DNA of 64,000 nucleotides from Alphaproteobacteria bacterium (GTDB lineage: Bacteria; Pseudomonadota; Alphaproteobacteria; GCA-2731375), in assembly GCA_965225945.1 (NCBI GenBank), contig CBDDBZ010000027.1, positions 97,705 to 161,704 of the forward strand, given 5' to 3'. This document shows positions 18,414 through 28,567 of the stretch, piece after piece; the first letter of the stretch is position 1; each line of letters starts with the position of its first letter. A program made the translations under genes and the position numbers. The notes below the pieces were generated by a model. It did not search any database. It saw only the letters and a program-made list of their open reading frames with translations, and was not told the DNA's origin.

Positions 18414-18501
18414 GGGCTATACTCCTCGGGCGAGGCGGCGATACCATCGGAAAGCCGCGCGCGGGCACGCGGGCGCGGGCGCCGGCACCATAAGGGGCAG
18501 C

Positions 18502-18792
18502 ATGGGCGAAGGTCAAAGCCAGGAAGACGTCAGGCGTCTGCTGACAGGCGCGCTCGGTGCCTGGCGGCTCGAGGGCACTGTCGAGGCTGCGGAATCGGGC
18601 CACTTTCACGTGCGACGGGGGGACATCCGGGTGACGGTCGAGCGGGGCGAGGAGCCGGGCTGGATGGTCGAGGTTGGAGGCCGCATGACCCGCCACGCCG
18701 GCATTCCGGGTATGCTACGAACTGTCCATGCGGCCCTCGACCCGGAATACCGCCCGACCCGCTTCCGAATCGCCCCGGCGCCCCGGGGGTGA
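18502..18792 (+). CDS. Hypothetical protein
   Basis: 96-aa ORF with AAGGGG RBS, host-like codon usage, divergent from the F420 operon. Confidence 0.5.
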   Translation: MGEGQSQEDVRRLLTGALGAWRLEGTVEAAESGHFHVRRGDIRVTVERGEEPGWMVEVGGRMTRHAGIPGMLRTVHAALDPEYRPTRFRIAPAPRG

Positions 18793-18996
18793 GGCTGTCG
18801 CCATCGGCCGCCGATGCCGTCCGCCAGCCCCGCGCTTGTGAACATGGTGTCTGAAAATAATGGGACATGGCGCGAATGAGTTGGCGTCGTCATCTTCGAG
18901 AGCGCCTGCGGAGCTCCATTCGGGGTCGGCTTCGTAAAGGCAGAGAGGACAACTCTCTCTCAATTACGTCCTGCCCCCAGAATTGTTCTAGAATTA

Positions 18997-20244
18997 TCAT
19001 GCCGATTCTCGGCTGGCCGACGCCCCTCGATCAACGAGTGCCTCGTACTCAGCCTGACGTCGGATGAAGCTGTCAAGGAGTGGAACGGCAAAGGAGTATC
19101 TTCCGTGCCGATTTTTGAAAACAAGGCCTCGGTCCATAAGGGCACTTAGCATTTGATTGGCATGAGGACCGCGAAATGGTCGATCTAAATATAGTCTTGA
19201 ATACTTGATAATTTCCTGGACTGTAAACTCTTCGTTCGCGTTGTCGAGGCTGGCGATAACGCACAGAAGCTCCCGTTGTCGGTCAGTCGGCCGAGACCAT
19301 CGGCCAGCAAAAAAATCTTCATCCAACTTTCGTATTACGTCTTCAAAAAAAACCTCGGCTTCTTCGTTTTCAACCCAAATATCAAATATTTCCTTGCAAA
19401 TGAACTGAATGAAATATGGATAGCCACCAGAGATTTTGCATACCTCTTCAATAGAAGGCTCATCGAACCCTACGGGGCAATGCGTAACTTCGAGAGGTCG
19501 CTTCACCGCTTCCCGGCAAGCGCTGGAATCCAGTCGATCCAGAAAGATAGTGTGGAACATTCTCTCCGCATAAGTGCGCGCATCCACGAGTTTTTGGAAC
19601 AACATCGGCAATCCCGCGAGCACTAACATAAAGCGCACGCCTTGCTTTTGAAGCGACATGAAAACATCAAGCAAAATAGAAAGCGGGAACTGATCCTTCG
19701 CGGATTGATCGGATAAGTTTTGCGCCTCGTCATAAGCAAATATGATACCTCTCTTATTCGAATCCTTCATATTGAACCAAACGAACTTTAGAACGGATTT
19801 TAGTTTGTCCTCAATAAGACCAGGAGTCGAATCAAATACGTACTGAAGCATGTGAAATGTCATCGTCTGAGGCAGCTCTTTTTCGGGTGCGCCAAAGCCC
19901 ATCTCTTGTACGGTAATCGTAGCGTACTGTATGGTTGATGAGATTATTGCAAGATCCGTCATTAGACGGGTTGCAATGTTTGCTTCGCTAATCGTCGCGG
20001 ACTCCGAAATTTCACTGCCAACCCAATACCAGCCTGCCTGTCGTGCCTCGGGCCGGAGGTCGTCCAGCAAAACAGTCTTGCCGACGCCACGCAGTCCCGT
20101 GAGAATGATATTTTCGAGTATCACGTTCTGGTTGAGTAAATTTCGAAATTCCCGACGCGCCTCGCTACGCCCCGCAAGAAACGGCGGTGGATGCCCAGCG
20201 CCCGGTCGGTATGGGTTCTCGAAACGTGCTATCGTGGAATTCAT
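18997..20244 (-). CDS. P-loop AAA ATPase with a probable C-terminal winged helix, low GC
   Basis: NPYRPGAG..P..LAGR, Walker A GLRGVGKT, Walker B IFAYDEAQ, GGYPYFIQ. Confidence 0.88.
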   Translation of the reverse strand: MNSTIARFENPYRPGAGHPPPFLAGRSEARREFRNLLNQNVILENIILTGLRGVGKTVLLDDLRPEARQAGWYWVGSEISESATISEANIATRLMTDLAIISSTIQYATITVQEMGFGAPEKELPQTMTFHMLQYVFDSTPGLIEDKLKSVLKFVWFNMKDSNKRGIIFAYDEAQNLSDQSAKDQFPLSILLDVFMSLQKQGVRFMLVLAGLPMLFQKLVDARTYAERMFHTIFLDRLDSSACREAVKRPLEVTHCPVGFDEPSIEEVCKISGGYPYFIQFICKEIFDIWVENEEAEVFFEDVIRKLDEDFFAGRWSRPTDRQRELLCVIASLDNANEEFTVQEIIKYSRLYLDRPFRGPHANQMLSALMDRGLVFKNRHGRYSFAVPLLDSFIRRQAEYEALVDRGASASRESA

Positions 20245-20287
20245 GGTGCCTTCGCCTTGAGTGTGAATTTACCCTTCAACCACAATA

Positions 20288-21425
20288 TACTCGCCTCACC
20301 CCAGAACCCGAAAATCCTTGTGCGAGATGATTCGGAAATTGTCGGTGATGGTGTCGCGCCACGTCGTCCACTCTCGTGGCAGTCGTCGGCGGAAGAAATC
20401 GTCGATGGCTTCGGTGAAGAGGGCGAAGCTGGCGTAGAAGCTGTTGTGGGTCACCTCGCGATGCATGACGCCCCATAATCGCTCGATGGCGTTGAGGTGG
20501 GGAGCGTAGGACGGTTGGAAGATGAGCTTGATGCGGCAACCCGGTCTCTCCAGCCATTGTCGGACCAGGCGGGCGTGGTGATAGCGGGCATTGTCGGCGA
20601 AGACATAGATCCGCGACTTGCCGGGATTGGTGGCCTCCAGCATCTCGAACAGCGCGATCGTCGAGGCGGCGTTGATCCTCTCGGCCTGGACCAAGGGGCA
20701 GTGGAAGTTTTCCAGGTTGAGCGCGCCGTGGAGATTGATGCGCTGGCGCCCCGAGGTCCGGCGTAACGCCACTTTGTCGCCCTTCTTGACCCAGCCATGG
20801 ACTGGGCGGGACTGGAATTCCGGGTGCACCGCATCGGTGAAGTAGACCACCTCGTCGGCGGCCAAGCCGTTGAGCAACTTATCATAGGCCTCGATAAAGG
20901 CGGCCTGCTCGGCCTCATCGGCCTGAGCCGGCAGGCTTTTCGGGCGCTTGTATTCGAAGCCCAGGCGATGCATCACCTTGATGCAGCCCGAATGGCTGTA
21001 GATCACTCCGTAGGTCGCCTTGATATGGGCCGCCACCTCGCCGGTATCGCGGTAAAGCCGTTGGCTCAGATGGGCCGAAAGCTCCGCCTCTTGCTCCCGG
21101 CTCAGATGGCCCGACCGGCCATGCCAGTCGAACAGCGTCATTTCATCCAGGCCGCCCGCACGGTAGCGCTTCAGCCACGTCCGCACCGTGTCGTCGTCGA
21201 GGTAGAGCACCTTCGCCACCTCGACGCAGCTCAAGCCGTCATCCAAGAGCAGAACGGCGTTCGCGCGGCGCGCCACCCCGTGGGTCTCGCTCGGATGCCC
21301 CATCACCGCCTCCAGGGCCGCGCGTTCCTCGATGCTCAGAAATCCACCGCGAATCATGACCGCGAGAAGAATCGATCCGCAGCCGGATTGCCAGAACTTT
21401 TTCGGGTCTGCGGGGAGTCGGGGTA
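20288..21425 (-). mobile_element. IS630-family element
   Basis: Imperfect TIRs (TAC..CCCGAAAA) flanked by TA dinucleotides at 20286-20287 and 21426-21427. Confidence 0.85.
20296..21357 (-). CDS. IS630 family transposase
   Basis: HTH N-terminus; FTDAVHP, DNARYH, PSYAPHLNAIERLW catalytic motifs. Confidence 0.95.
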   Translation of the reverse strand: MIRGGFLSIEERAALEAVMGHPSETHGVARRANAVLLLDDGLSCVEVAKVLYLDDDTVRTWLKRYRAGGLDEMTLFDWHGRSGHLSREQEAELSAHLSQRLYRDTGEVAAHIKATYGVIYSHSGCIKVMHRLGFEYKRPKSLPAQADEAEQAAFIEAYDKLLNGLAADEVVYFTDAVHPEFQSRPVHGWVKKGDKVALRRTSGRQRINLHGALNLENFHCPLVQAERINAASTIALFEMLEATNPGKSRIYVFADNARYHHARLVRQWLERPGCRIKLIFQPSYAPHLNAIERLWGVMHREVTHNSFYASFALFTEAIDDFFRRRLPREWTTWRDTITDNFRIISHKDFRVLG

Positions 21426-21653
21426 TATAAGTTAGTATTCACAATAATCAATGAATTTAGTTCATCGCCATACCAGTATGCACTTTGGACGTCTTCGCCC
21501 CTGCGCGATAGACCACCGTCCAGCCTGTCGAGCCTCGGAATCATCGAATCGATTCCCGGCCCGCGCCTGGCTCCGGAATGAAGCGACCGGAGCTCGGGGG
21601 ACCCGCTTCCGCGTCCGTCCCGGCGCCGGCCGTTCCCGAGGCGTGAGCCCCAC

Positions 21654-22403
21654 TCAGAGCGACGGCCATAGGCCACCGGAGACATAGAGGAATTGCCCGG
21701 TGATGTGGCCCGCCTCGTCGGACGAGAGGAACAGCGCGGCGTTGGCGATATCGGCCGGCCGACCCAGTTTGCGCAAGGGCGTCGCCTCGATCCATTGCTC
21801 GAGCCGACCGGGCGCCTGGCGTTCCAACACCGAGGTTTGGATCAATCCCGGCATGATGGCGTTGACCCGGATCTCCGGCGCCAGCGCCAGGGCGGCGGAG
21901 CGGGTGAAGGCCGCCACCGCCGCCTTGCCGGCGGCATAGTCGGCCTGCATCGGACCGCCGGCGTAGACCACGGAGGAGATATTGACGATGCTGCCGACCC
22001 CTTGGGCACGCATACGATCGGTGCAGAACTGGGTCAGCGCCAGCGTGCCATGCATGTTGAGCCGCATGGTGGAATCCCACCGCGCCTGGTCGATCTCGCC
22101 GAGCGGCAGCTCCAACGCCCCCTTCATGCCGCCGACGATGTTGACCAGGAGGTCGACCCGGCCAGCTCGCTCTATCGCCAGATCGTAAAGCGCTCGCGCC
22201 TCGTCCCGCTCGCAGACGTCGCCCCGCAATGCCACCACGTCGCCGCCGGCCGCACGGATCGCCTGCTCGGAGCCGGCGAGACGCCCGCCCGAAATATCGT
22301 TGATGACGACCTTGGCACCCTCAGCGGCGAAGCGGCTCGCCACCGCCGCGCCCATCGGCCCGCCGGCCGCGGTGATGATCGCGATTTTGTCCCCAAGTCG
22401 CAT
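21654..22403 (-). CDS. SDR family oxidoreductase
   Basis: IVNISS, YAAGK catalytic motif, IRVNAIMPG. Confidence 0.92.
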   Translation of the reverse strand: MRLGDKIAIITAAGGPMGAAVASRFAAEGAKVVINDISGGRLAGSEQAIRAAGGDVVALRGDVCERDEARALYDLAIERAGRVDLLVNIVGGMKGALELPLGEIDQARWDSTMRLNMHGTLALTQFCTDRMRAQGVGSIVNISSVVYAGGPMQADYAAGKAAVAAFTRSAALALAPEIRVNAIMPGLIQTSVLERQAPGRLEQWIEATPLRKLGRPADIANAALFLSSDEAGHITGQFLYVSGGLWPSL

Positions 22404-22469
22404 GCCGCCCCCGCGCCGATCAATTTCGGCGCGAGAATAGCTGAACAGTCGGGCGAGCGGACCGCCGCC

Positions 22470-23861
22470 TTATTCGGCCGCCGCCTGGCCCTCGCGGGTT
22501 AGGGCGTCGTTGACCTCGTCGAGCGCGGTGGCCAGCTTGTCGAAGATCTCGTCGATCTCGCTCTCGGTGATGATCAGCGGCGGGCAGAGCGCCATGCGAT
22601 CCCCCATCCCGCGCGTGATCAAGCCGTGCTCCTGGGCGACGTTCTGCACCCGCTCGCCGATCTTGAGGCTCGCGTCGAACGGCTCGCGCTTGGCCTTGTC
22701 GCGCATCAATTCCATCCCGCAAACGAGGCCGACGCCCCTGGCGTCACCGACCAGCGGATGTGCCCCCAGCGCGTCCATCCGCGCCAGGAAATGCGGGCTG
22801 ACGCGCTTCACCTGGCCCACGATGTCGATCTCGTCGTAGATCTTCAGCGTCTCCAGCGCCACCGCCGTCGCCACCGGGTGGGCGGAATAGGTGTAGCCGT
22901 GGCCGAAGACGCCCTGCTCGCCGCTCTGGCTGGCGATCGCCTCGAAGATCTCGTCATTGATCAGCAGCGCCGAGATCGGCATGTAGGAGGCCGAGAGCGC
23001 CTTGGCGCAGGTCAGCAGATCCGGCTTCAGGTCGTAGGTCTGGCTGCCCCAGTAGTTGCCCGTCCGGCCGAAGCCGCAGATCACCTCGTCGGCGACGAAG
23101 AGGATGTCGTATTTCTTCAACACCGCCTGGATCTTCTCGAAATAGGTCGCGGGCGGCGTCAGCGCGCCGCCACCGCCCTGCACCGGCTCGGCGAAGAAGG
23201 CGGCGCAGGTCTCCGGCCCCTCGTCGAGGATGAGCTGCTCCAGGTTCGCCGCCATGCGGGTGGCGAAGTCTTCCTCGCTCTCGCCCTCCTCGTGGAAGCG
23301 GTAGAAGTGCGGGTGGTCGGTGTGCTTGAAGCGATCGAAGGGGAGGTCGAACTTGGCATGCATGAGCGGCTGGCCCGAGAGGCTGACCGCCGCCGCCGTG
23401 GTCCCGTGATAGCCGCGCACCCGGCCGATGATCTTCTTCTTCTCCGCTTTCCCGATGGCGTTGAAATAATACCAGATGGTCTTGATCGCGGTGTCGATCG
23501 CCTCCGAGCCCGAGCACTGGAACATCACCTTCGACATCGGCACCGGCGCGAGGCCGACCAGCTTCTCCGCCAAGTCGATGCTCGTCGGATGGCCCCGGCT
23601 ATAGAAGGTGTGGCCATAGGGCAGCGTTTTCATTTGCTCGTAGGCGACGTCGGCGAGCCGGCGGTTGGAGAAGCCGAGCGAGGCGCACCAGAGTCCCGCC
23701 ATGGCCTCGATGTATTTGCGGCCCGCGTCGTCCCAAACGTAGACGCCCTCTCCCTTGGTCAAGATCAGCGGTCCCTCGCTCTGATGGAGACGCATGTTGG
23801 TCTGGGGGTGGACGTGAAAGGCGATGTCCCGCGCCTGCATCGAATTCGGCATCACGTTCAT
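22470..23861 (-). CDS. Class III aminotransferase (omega-amino acid/putrescine type)
   Basis: AGLWC, SGSEA, GYHG, AEPVQG, DEVICGFGRTG, AKALS. Confidence 0.95.
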   Translation of the reverse strand: MNVMPNSMQARDIAFHVHPQTNMRLHQSEGPLILTKGEGVYVWDDAGRKYIEAMAGLWCASLGFSNRRLADVAYEQMKTLPYGHTFYSRGHPTSIDLAEKLVGLAPVPMSKVMFQCSGSEAIDTAIKTIWYYFNAIGKAEKKKIIGRVRGYHGTTAAAVSLSGQPLMHAKFDLPFDRFKHTDHPHFYRFHEEGESEEDFATRMAANLEQLILDEGPETCAAFFAEPVQGGGGALTPPATYFEKIQAVLKKYDILFVADEVICGFGRTGNYWGSQTYDLKPDLLTCAKALSASYMPISALLINDEIFEAIASQSGEQGVFGHGYTYSAHPVATAVALETLKIYDEIDIVGQVKRVSPHFLARMDALGAHPLVGDARGVGLVCGMELMRDKAKREPFDASLKIGERVQNVAQEHGLITRGMGDRMALCPPLIITESEIDEIFDKLATALDEVNDALTREGQAAAE

Positions 23862-23935
23862 GGGTCTTTCCTCCTATGGCGTGGAACCGAGTAGAGGTTC
23901 CGCCGCCGGGCCTGTCAATCGATAAGGTGCGTCCC

Positions 23936-25207
23936 CAGGGCCCTGAACTCGGGTTAACGCTCATTTACGGCTTGTTCGGATCGTGATTCCCTGAATCGCC
24001 ACTGATTCGGAGGAACCGCGATGGAACTGCAAGTATCGGAGTTTGGTGAGAAGTCCCGCCTTCGGGCGCTGCTGGATCACTTCGGGAAGATCGAGGACCC
24101 GCGAGAGCCCTGGCGGGTAGCGCATCCGTTGCCGGAAGTGCTGTTGCTGGTGGTCTGCGGAACGGTTGCCGATTGCGACGACTACGAGGGCATCGCCGCC
24201 TGGGGGGAAGCGCATCTCGCCTTCCTGCGCCGCTTCCTACCCTATTACCACGGGGTTCCGGGTGGGCGCTGGCTGACGTTGCTGATGAACCGGATCGATC
24301 CCGGGACGTTCTCGGCCTGCTTCACCGCCTGGGTCCGCGAGACCTGGCCCGAGCGGCCCGACTTGGTCGCCATCGACGGCAAGACCTCGAGGCGCAGCCA
24401 TGACCGCGGCGCCGGCAAGGCGGCGCTGCATCTGGTCTCGGCCTTCGCCACCACCGGCCGGCTGGTGCTCGGCCAGGAGGCGGTGGAGGACAAGTCGAGC
24501 GAGACCACCGCCATCCCCGTGCTGCTCCAGCGGCTCGCCGCCGACGGCGGCCTGAAGGGCGCCCTCGTCTCCATCGACGCGATCGCCTGCAACGCCACCA
24601 TCGCCACCGCCATCAGGGACGCGGGCGCCGACTACCTGCTGGCGGTCAAGGCCAACCAGCCGACGCTGAGGGCCGAGATCGAGGAACTCTTCGCCACCGC
24701 GCGCGGCGATACCCTGGAGAGCTTCAGCGATGTCGACAAGGGCCATGGCCGCATCGAGCAGCGGACCGTGACCGTCGCCCGCGAGGTCGATCGGCTCGAC
24801 GGCGAGCACCGCATCCGCGGAGAACTCCGCTCCCCCGGCGTGGCCGCGATCCTCAGCGCCCACTCGAGGGTCGAGATGCGGGACCGCTGCCGCTTCGACA
24901 CCCGATACTACATCTCCTCCTCAGCCCTTCGCGCGAAGGCCGCCGCGAGGGCCGTGCGCGGCCACTGGGGCATCGAAAACCGGCTCCCCTCGTGCTCGAC
25001 GTCACCTTCAAGGAAGACCAGTCCCGCCTACGAAAAGGACATGGAGCCAAAAACATGGCCGTCGTCAGACACTTCGCCATCAACCTCGTCCGCCAGAAAC
25101 AGGACGAGAAAAGCCTCAAGCTGCGGCGAAAACTCGCGGGATGGGATGTCGACTACCTCGCTTCAATGCTCGGGGTCGAGCCGCGTTAACCTGGATTCGT
25201 TGCCCTG
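23936..25207 (+). mobile_element. ISAs1-family element
   Basis: TIRs CAGGGCCCTGAACTCGGGTTAAC and CAGGGCAACGAATCCAGGTTAAC; no clear TSD. Confidence 0.85.
24021..25189 (+). pseudogene. ISAs1 transposase with a frameshift near 24987
   Basis: DPR, AIDGKTSR, IDA, VKANQP, GHGRIE, HWGIEN, then LDVTFKEDQSR continues in another frame. Confidence 0.88.
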
Positions 25208-25344
25208 GAGCCCCAGCGGCGCGGCGAGTGGGAGCAACATGGTGTTCCTCCTCATCACTCGCGATGGCGAGGCTTATCCGGCGCCGCGCGCCAGCGTATC
25301 ATCGGTAGCGATTCGGTGAACCAAAGGTGCGACGGCGGAAGACC

Positions 25345-26625
25345 ATGGGGCCGACGGTACGCGATGCTTGGCGCGCCCTCTGGCCTTCGCTGGGCTTGCT
25401 GGCGCTCGCCGCCGGGGTTGCGCTCGGCGCGGCGGGCGAGCTGTTCGCCGTGCCCGCGATCCCGACCTTCCTGCCCCTCGCCATCGCCGCTGGCGCCGCG
25501 CTGCTCGCCATTTGGCTCGGCCGTTTCAACGTCGTCCTGACGCTCGCCGCCGTTGCCGCGGCGTTCGTCGCGCTCGACGCCAACCTGCCGGCCGCGCCCG
25601 GAGCCGACGCCCATGGCCGCATCCTCTATCCCGCGCTGGCGCTCCTCCTGCCACTGGATATCGCGCTCTTCGCCGTCGCGCGGGAGCGCGGCATCCTGAC
25701 GCCCCGGGGTCTCGCCAAGGCGGGATTTCTGATCCTTCAGATCGTGGGGGTCGCGGGCTTGGTCTGGGCCGCCACGCCCGAGCTCGAGGCGGCGGCCGAC
25801 GCCTGGCTCCACGCCCGCCCGCTGCCGCGCGAGGCCGACCTGTGGACCCATCTGCCGCAGCCGGCCCTGCTGGTCTATCTGCTTGCCTCGATCGTATTGC
25901 TCGCGCTGCTTGCCTCGATCGTATTGCTCGCGCGGCTGTGGCGAAGCGGCTCGCCGCTCGATGCGGGCGCGCTCTCGGGCCTGGTGGCCACGGCATGGGC
26001 CCTCCACGCGGTTGCCGATCCCCTCCTGCGCGACCTGCTGGCGACGACGGCGCTCGCCGCCCTCGCCCTCGGCCTCGTCCAGGAGAGCCATCGCTTGGCC
26101 TTCGTCGACGAATTGACCGGCCTTCCCGGCCGCCGCGCCCTGGAGGCGGCGCTCGCCAAGGCCGGCCGGCGCTACGCCGTGGCGATGGTCGACATCGACC
26201 ACTTCAAGCGCTTCAACGACAGGCACGGCCACGACGTCGGCGACCAGGTGCTGCGCCTGGTGGCGAGCCGGTTGGCCGGCGTCGGCGGCGGTGGGCGGGC
26301 CTATCGCTACGGTGGCGAGGAGTTCACGATCCTCTTTCCCGGCCGCTCGGCGGAGAGCTGCGTCGGCCTCCTGGAGCGGTGCCGCGAGGCGGTGGCGGCG
26401 GCCGAGTTCCGCACGCGCGGCAAGGGCCGGCCGGCGAAGCCGCCCAAGGCGGGCCGGCCGAGGCGCAAGGCCGACGGCGCGCGGCTCTCGGTCACCGTCT
26501 CCATGGGCCTCGCCGAGCGGGGCGCCGACGGCGGACACGTGGAGGCGGTGCTGAAGGCCGCGGACCAGGCCCTCTACCGGGCGAAGCAGGCCGGGCGCGA
26601 CCGTCTGGCCCGCGCCAGAGCTTGA
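25345..26625 (+). CDS. Membrane-bound diguanylate cyclase (GGDEF domain)
   Basis: Multiple TM helices; DELTGL, DIDHFKRFND, YGGEEF, ADQALYRAK. Confidence 0.93.
   Translation: MGPTVRDAWRALWPSLGLLALAAGVALGAAGELFAVPAIPTFLPLAIAAGAALLAIWLGRFNVVLTLAAVAAAFVALDANLPAAPGADAHGRILYPALALLLPLDIALFAVARERGILTPRGLAKAGFLILQIVGVAGLVWAATPELEAAADAWLHARPLPREADLWTHLPQPALLVYLLASIVLLALLASIVLLARLWRSGSPLDAGALSGLVATAWALHAVADPLLRDLLATTALAALALGLVQESHRLAFVDELTGLPGRRALEAALAKAGRRYAVAMVDIDHFKRFNDRHGHDVGDQVLRLVASRLAGVGGGGRAYRYGGEEFTILFPGRSAESCVGLLERCREAVAAAEFRTRGKGRPAKPPKAGRPRRKADGARLSVTVSMGLAERGADGGHVEAVLKAADQALYRAKQAGRDRLARARA
25879..25932 (+). repeat. 27-bp in-frame tandem duplication (LLASIVLLA twice)
   Basis: CTGCTTGCCTCGATCGTATTGCTCGCG present twice in tandem. 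Confidence 0.9.
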
Positions 26626-26682
26626 TCGAATGGCCATTCGAATGGCGTTCGTGTTACCAAGGTCCACACGCGGCGGCGGGCG

Positions 26683-27486
26683 ATGAAAGGGGAGGAATCG
26701 ATGGCGGTATTGGGCGAAATTGCGGACCTCGGTGTCGAAATCGAGGACAATATCGCGATGGTGGAGATCAAGCGGCCGCCCTTCAACTACTTCGACATGG
26801 CGCTGATCCGCGGCCTCGCCGACGCCTTCGAGGCGCTGGACCAGCGGGACGACTGCCGCGCCATCGTGCTCTGCGCCGAGGGCAAGGCGTTCTGCGCCGG
26901 CGCCAACTTCGGCGACGGCTCGCGCGATAGGGCCAAGGCCGATCGCCAGCCGGATCATCTCTATATCGAGGCGGTGCGGCTGTTCCGCTGCAAGCTGCCG
27001 GTGGTGGGCGCGATCCAGGGGGCCTCGGTCGGCGGCGGGCTCGGCCTGGCGCTGGTGCCCGACTTCCGCGTCGCCTGTCCGGAAGCACGCTTCTCCGCCA
27101 ACTTCACCCGGCTCGGCTTCCATCCGGGCTTCGGCCTGACGGCGACGCTGCCGCGCGTCATCGGCCCGACCAAGGCGGCGATGATGTTTTACACCAGCCG
27201 CCGCATCAAGGGCGAGGAGGCCTACCAAATGGGCCTCGCCGACATGCTGGTCGCCCGAGACGAGCTGCGCGGATGCGCGATCGAGCTGGCCCGCGAGATC
27301 ACCCATTGCTCGCCCTTGGGCGTCGCCGAGACCCGCGCGACCATGCGCCAGGGCTTGGCCGACGCGGTCGAGGCGGCGACCGACCACGAGCTGGAGATCC
27401 AGAACCGCCTGCGCGAGACCGACGATTTCGCCGAGGGCATCGCTGCGATGGCGGCCCGGCGGATCCCCAACTTCCAGGGCCGCTGA
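26683..27486 (+). CDS. Enoyl-CoA hydratase/isomerase family protein
   Basis: AFCAGANF, GGGLGLAL, DFAEGIAA; start could be 26701. Confidence 0.92.
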   Translation: MKGEESMAVLGEIADLGVEIEDNIAMVEIKRPPFNYFDMALIRGLADAFEALDQRDDCRAIVLCAEGKAFCAGANFGDGSRDRAKADRQPDHLYIEAVRLFRCKLPVVGAIQGASVGGGLGLALVPDFRVACPEARFSANFTRLGFHPGFGLTATLPRVIGPTKAAMMFYTSRRIKGEEAYQMGLADMLVARDELRGCAIELAREITHCSPLGVAETRATMRQGLADAVEAATDHELEIQNRLRETDDFAEGIAAMAARRIPNFQGR

Positions 27487-27499
27487 GCGCGCCGCCGCC

Positions 27500-28555
27500 A
27501 TGAGCGAGATGCGCGAGATCATCCTCGACACCACGGCTCGGATCTTCACCGACCTGGGGGCGCCCCAGGAGATCATCCTCGCCGGCGACGACGGCTGGAA
27601 GGCGCCGCTCTGGTCGGCGCTGGAGGAAGCGGGCCTCACCCGCGCCTGGCTTCCGGAGGAGGACGGCGGCGCCGGCCTTTCGGTCACCGACAGCTTCGCC
27701 ATCCTGCGCGTCGCCGGCCGCTTCGCCGTCGCTGTCCCGCTCGCCGAAACGCTGCTGGCCGCGCGTCTACTGTCGGCCTCCGGTTTGGCGGTGCCGCTGG
27801 GCGCGATCGCCCTGGTCGCGCCCGAGGGGGGCGCGCCGCCGCGGCTAACTAACGCCACACTCGACGGCGAGGCCGATGGCGTCGCCTTCGCCCGGGAGGC
27901 CGAGCATTTGGCGCTCTTCGGGAATGGCGAGGAGGGTCCGATGGTCGCCCTCGTCGCGGCCGCCGATTGCACAATTCGCGCGGCCGACGGGATCGCCGGC
28001 GAAGCATCGGACGCCGTCGCCTTCGATGGCCTACCCGTGCTGGCGAGCGCGCCGGCGGGAATGACGGAAGAGGCAATGCGTCGCCTGGGCGCGGTGGTCC
28101 GGGCGACGCAGATGGCCGGCGCGCTCGAGGGGTTGCTGGAGATCTCCGTCGGCTACGCCCAGGAACGGGTGGCCTTCGGCCGGCCGATCGGCAAATTCCA
28201 GGCGGTGCAACACCTCCTCGCCCGCCTGGCCGAGGAGACGGCGGCGGCCGTCGCGGCGGTGAGCTCGGCGGCGCTCGCGCTGGAGACCCTGCCCCTCGAC
28301 GGCGAGGCCGTCTTCATCGAGGCGGCGACGGCCAAGATCCGCGCCGGCGAGGCGGCCCGCGAGGGCGCGATGATCGCCCATCAGGTGCACGGCGCCATCG
28401 GCTTCACCGCCGAATATCCGCTGCACCGTTTCGTCCAACGGCTGTGGAGTTGGCGCGACGACTTCGGCCAGGAAGCGCAATGGGCGCTGCGGCTCGGCCG
28501 CCGCGCCGCCGCCCACGGGTCGCGTGGCTTCTGGCCCGCCATCACCGCCGCCTGA
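27500..28555 (+). CDS. Acyl-CoA dehydrogenase family, short partner subunit
   Basis: ERVAFGRPIGKFQAVQH, HQVHGAIGFT; tandem with a second ACAD. Confidence 0.9.
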   Translation: MSEMREIILDTTARIFTDLGAPQEIILAGDDGWKAPLWSALEEAGLTRAWLPEEDGGAGLSVTDSFAILRVAGRFAVAVPLAETLLAARLLSASGLAVPLGAIALVAPEGGAPPRLTNATLDGEADGVAFAREAEHLALFGNGEEGPMVALVAAADCTIRAADGIAGEASDAVAFDGLPVLASAPAGMTEEAMRRLGAVVRATQMAGALEGLLEISVGYAQERVAFGRPIGKFQAVQHLLARLAEETAAAVAAVSSAALALETLPLDGEAVFIEAATAKIRAGEAAREGAMIAHQVHGAIGFTAEYPLHRFVQRLWSWRDDFGQEAQWALRLGRRAAAHGSRGFWPAITAA

Positions 28556-28567
28556 GGGGACCGAGAG

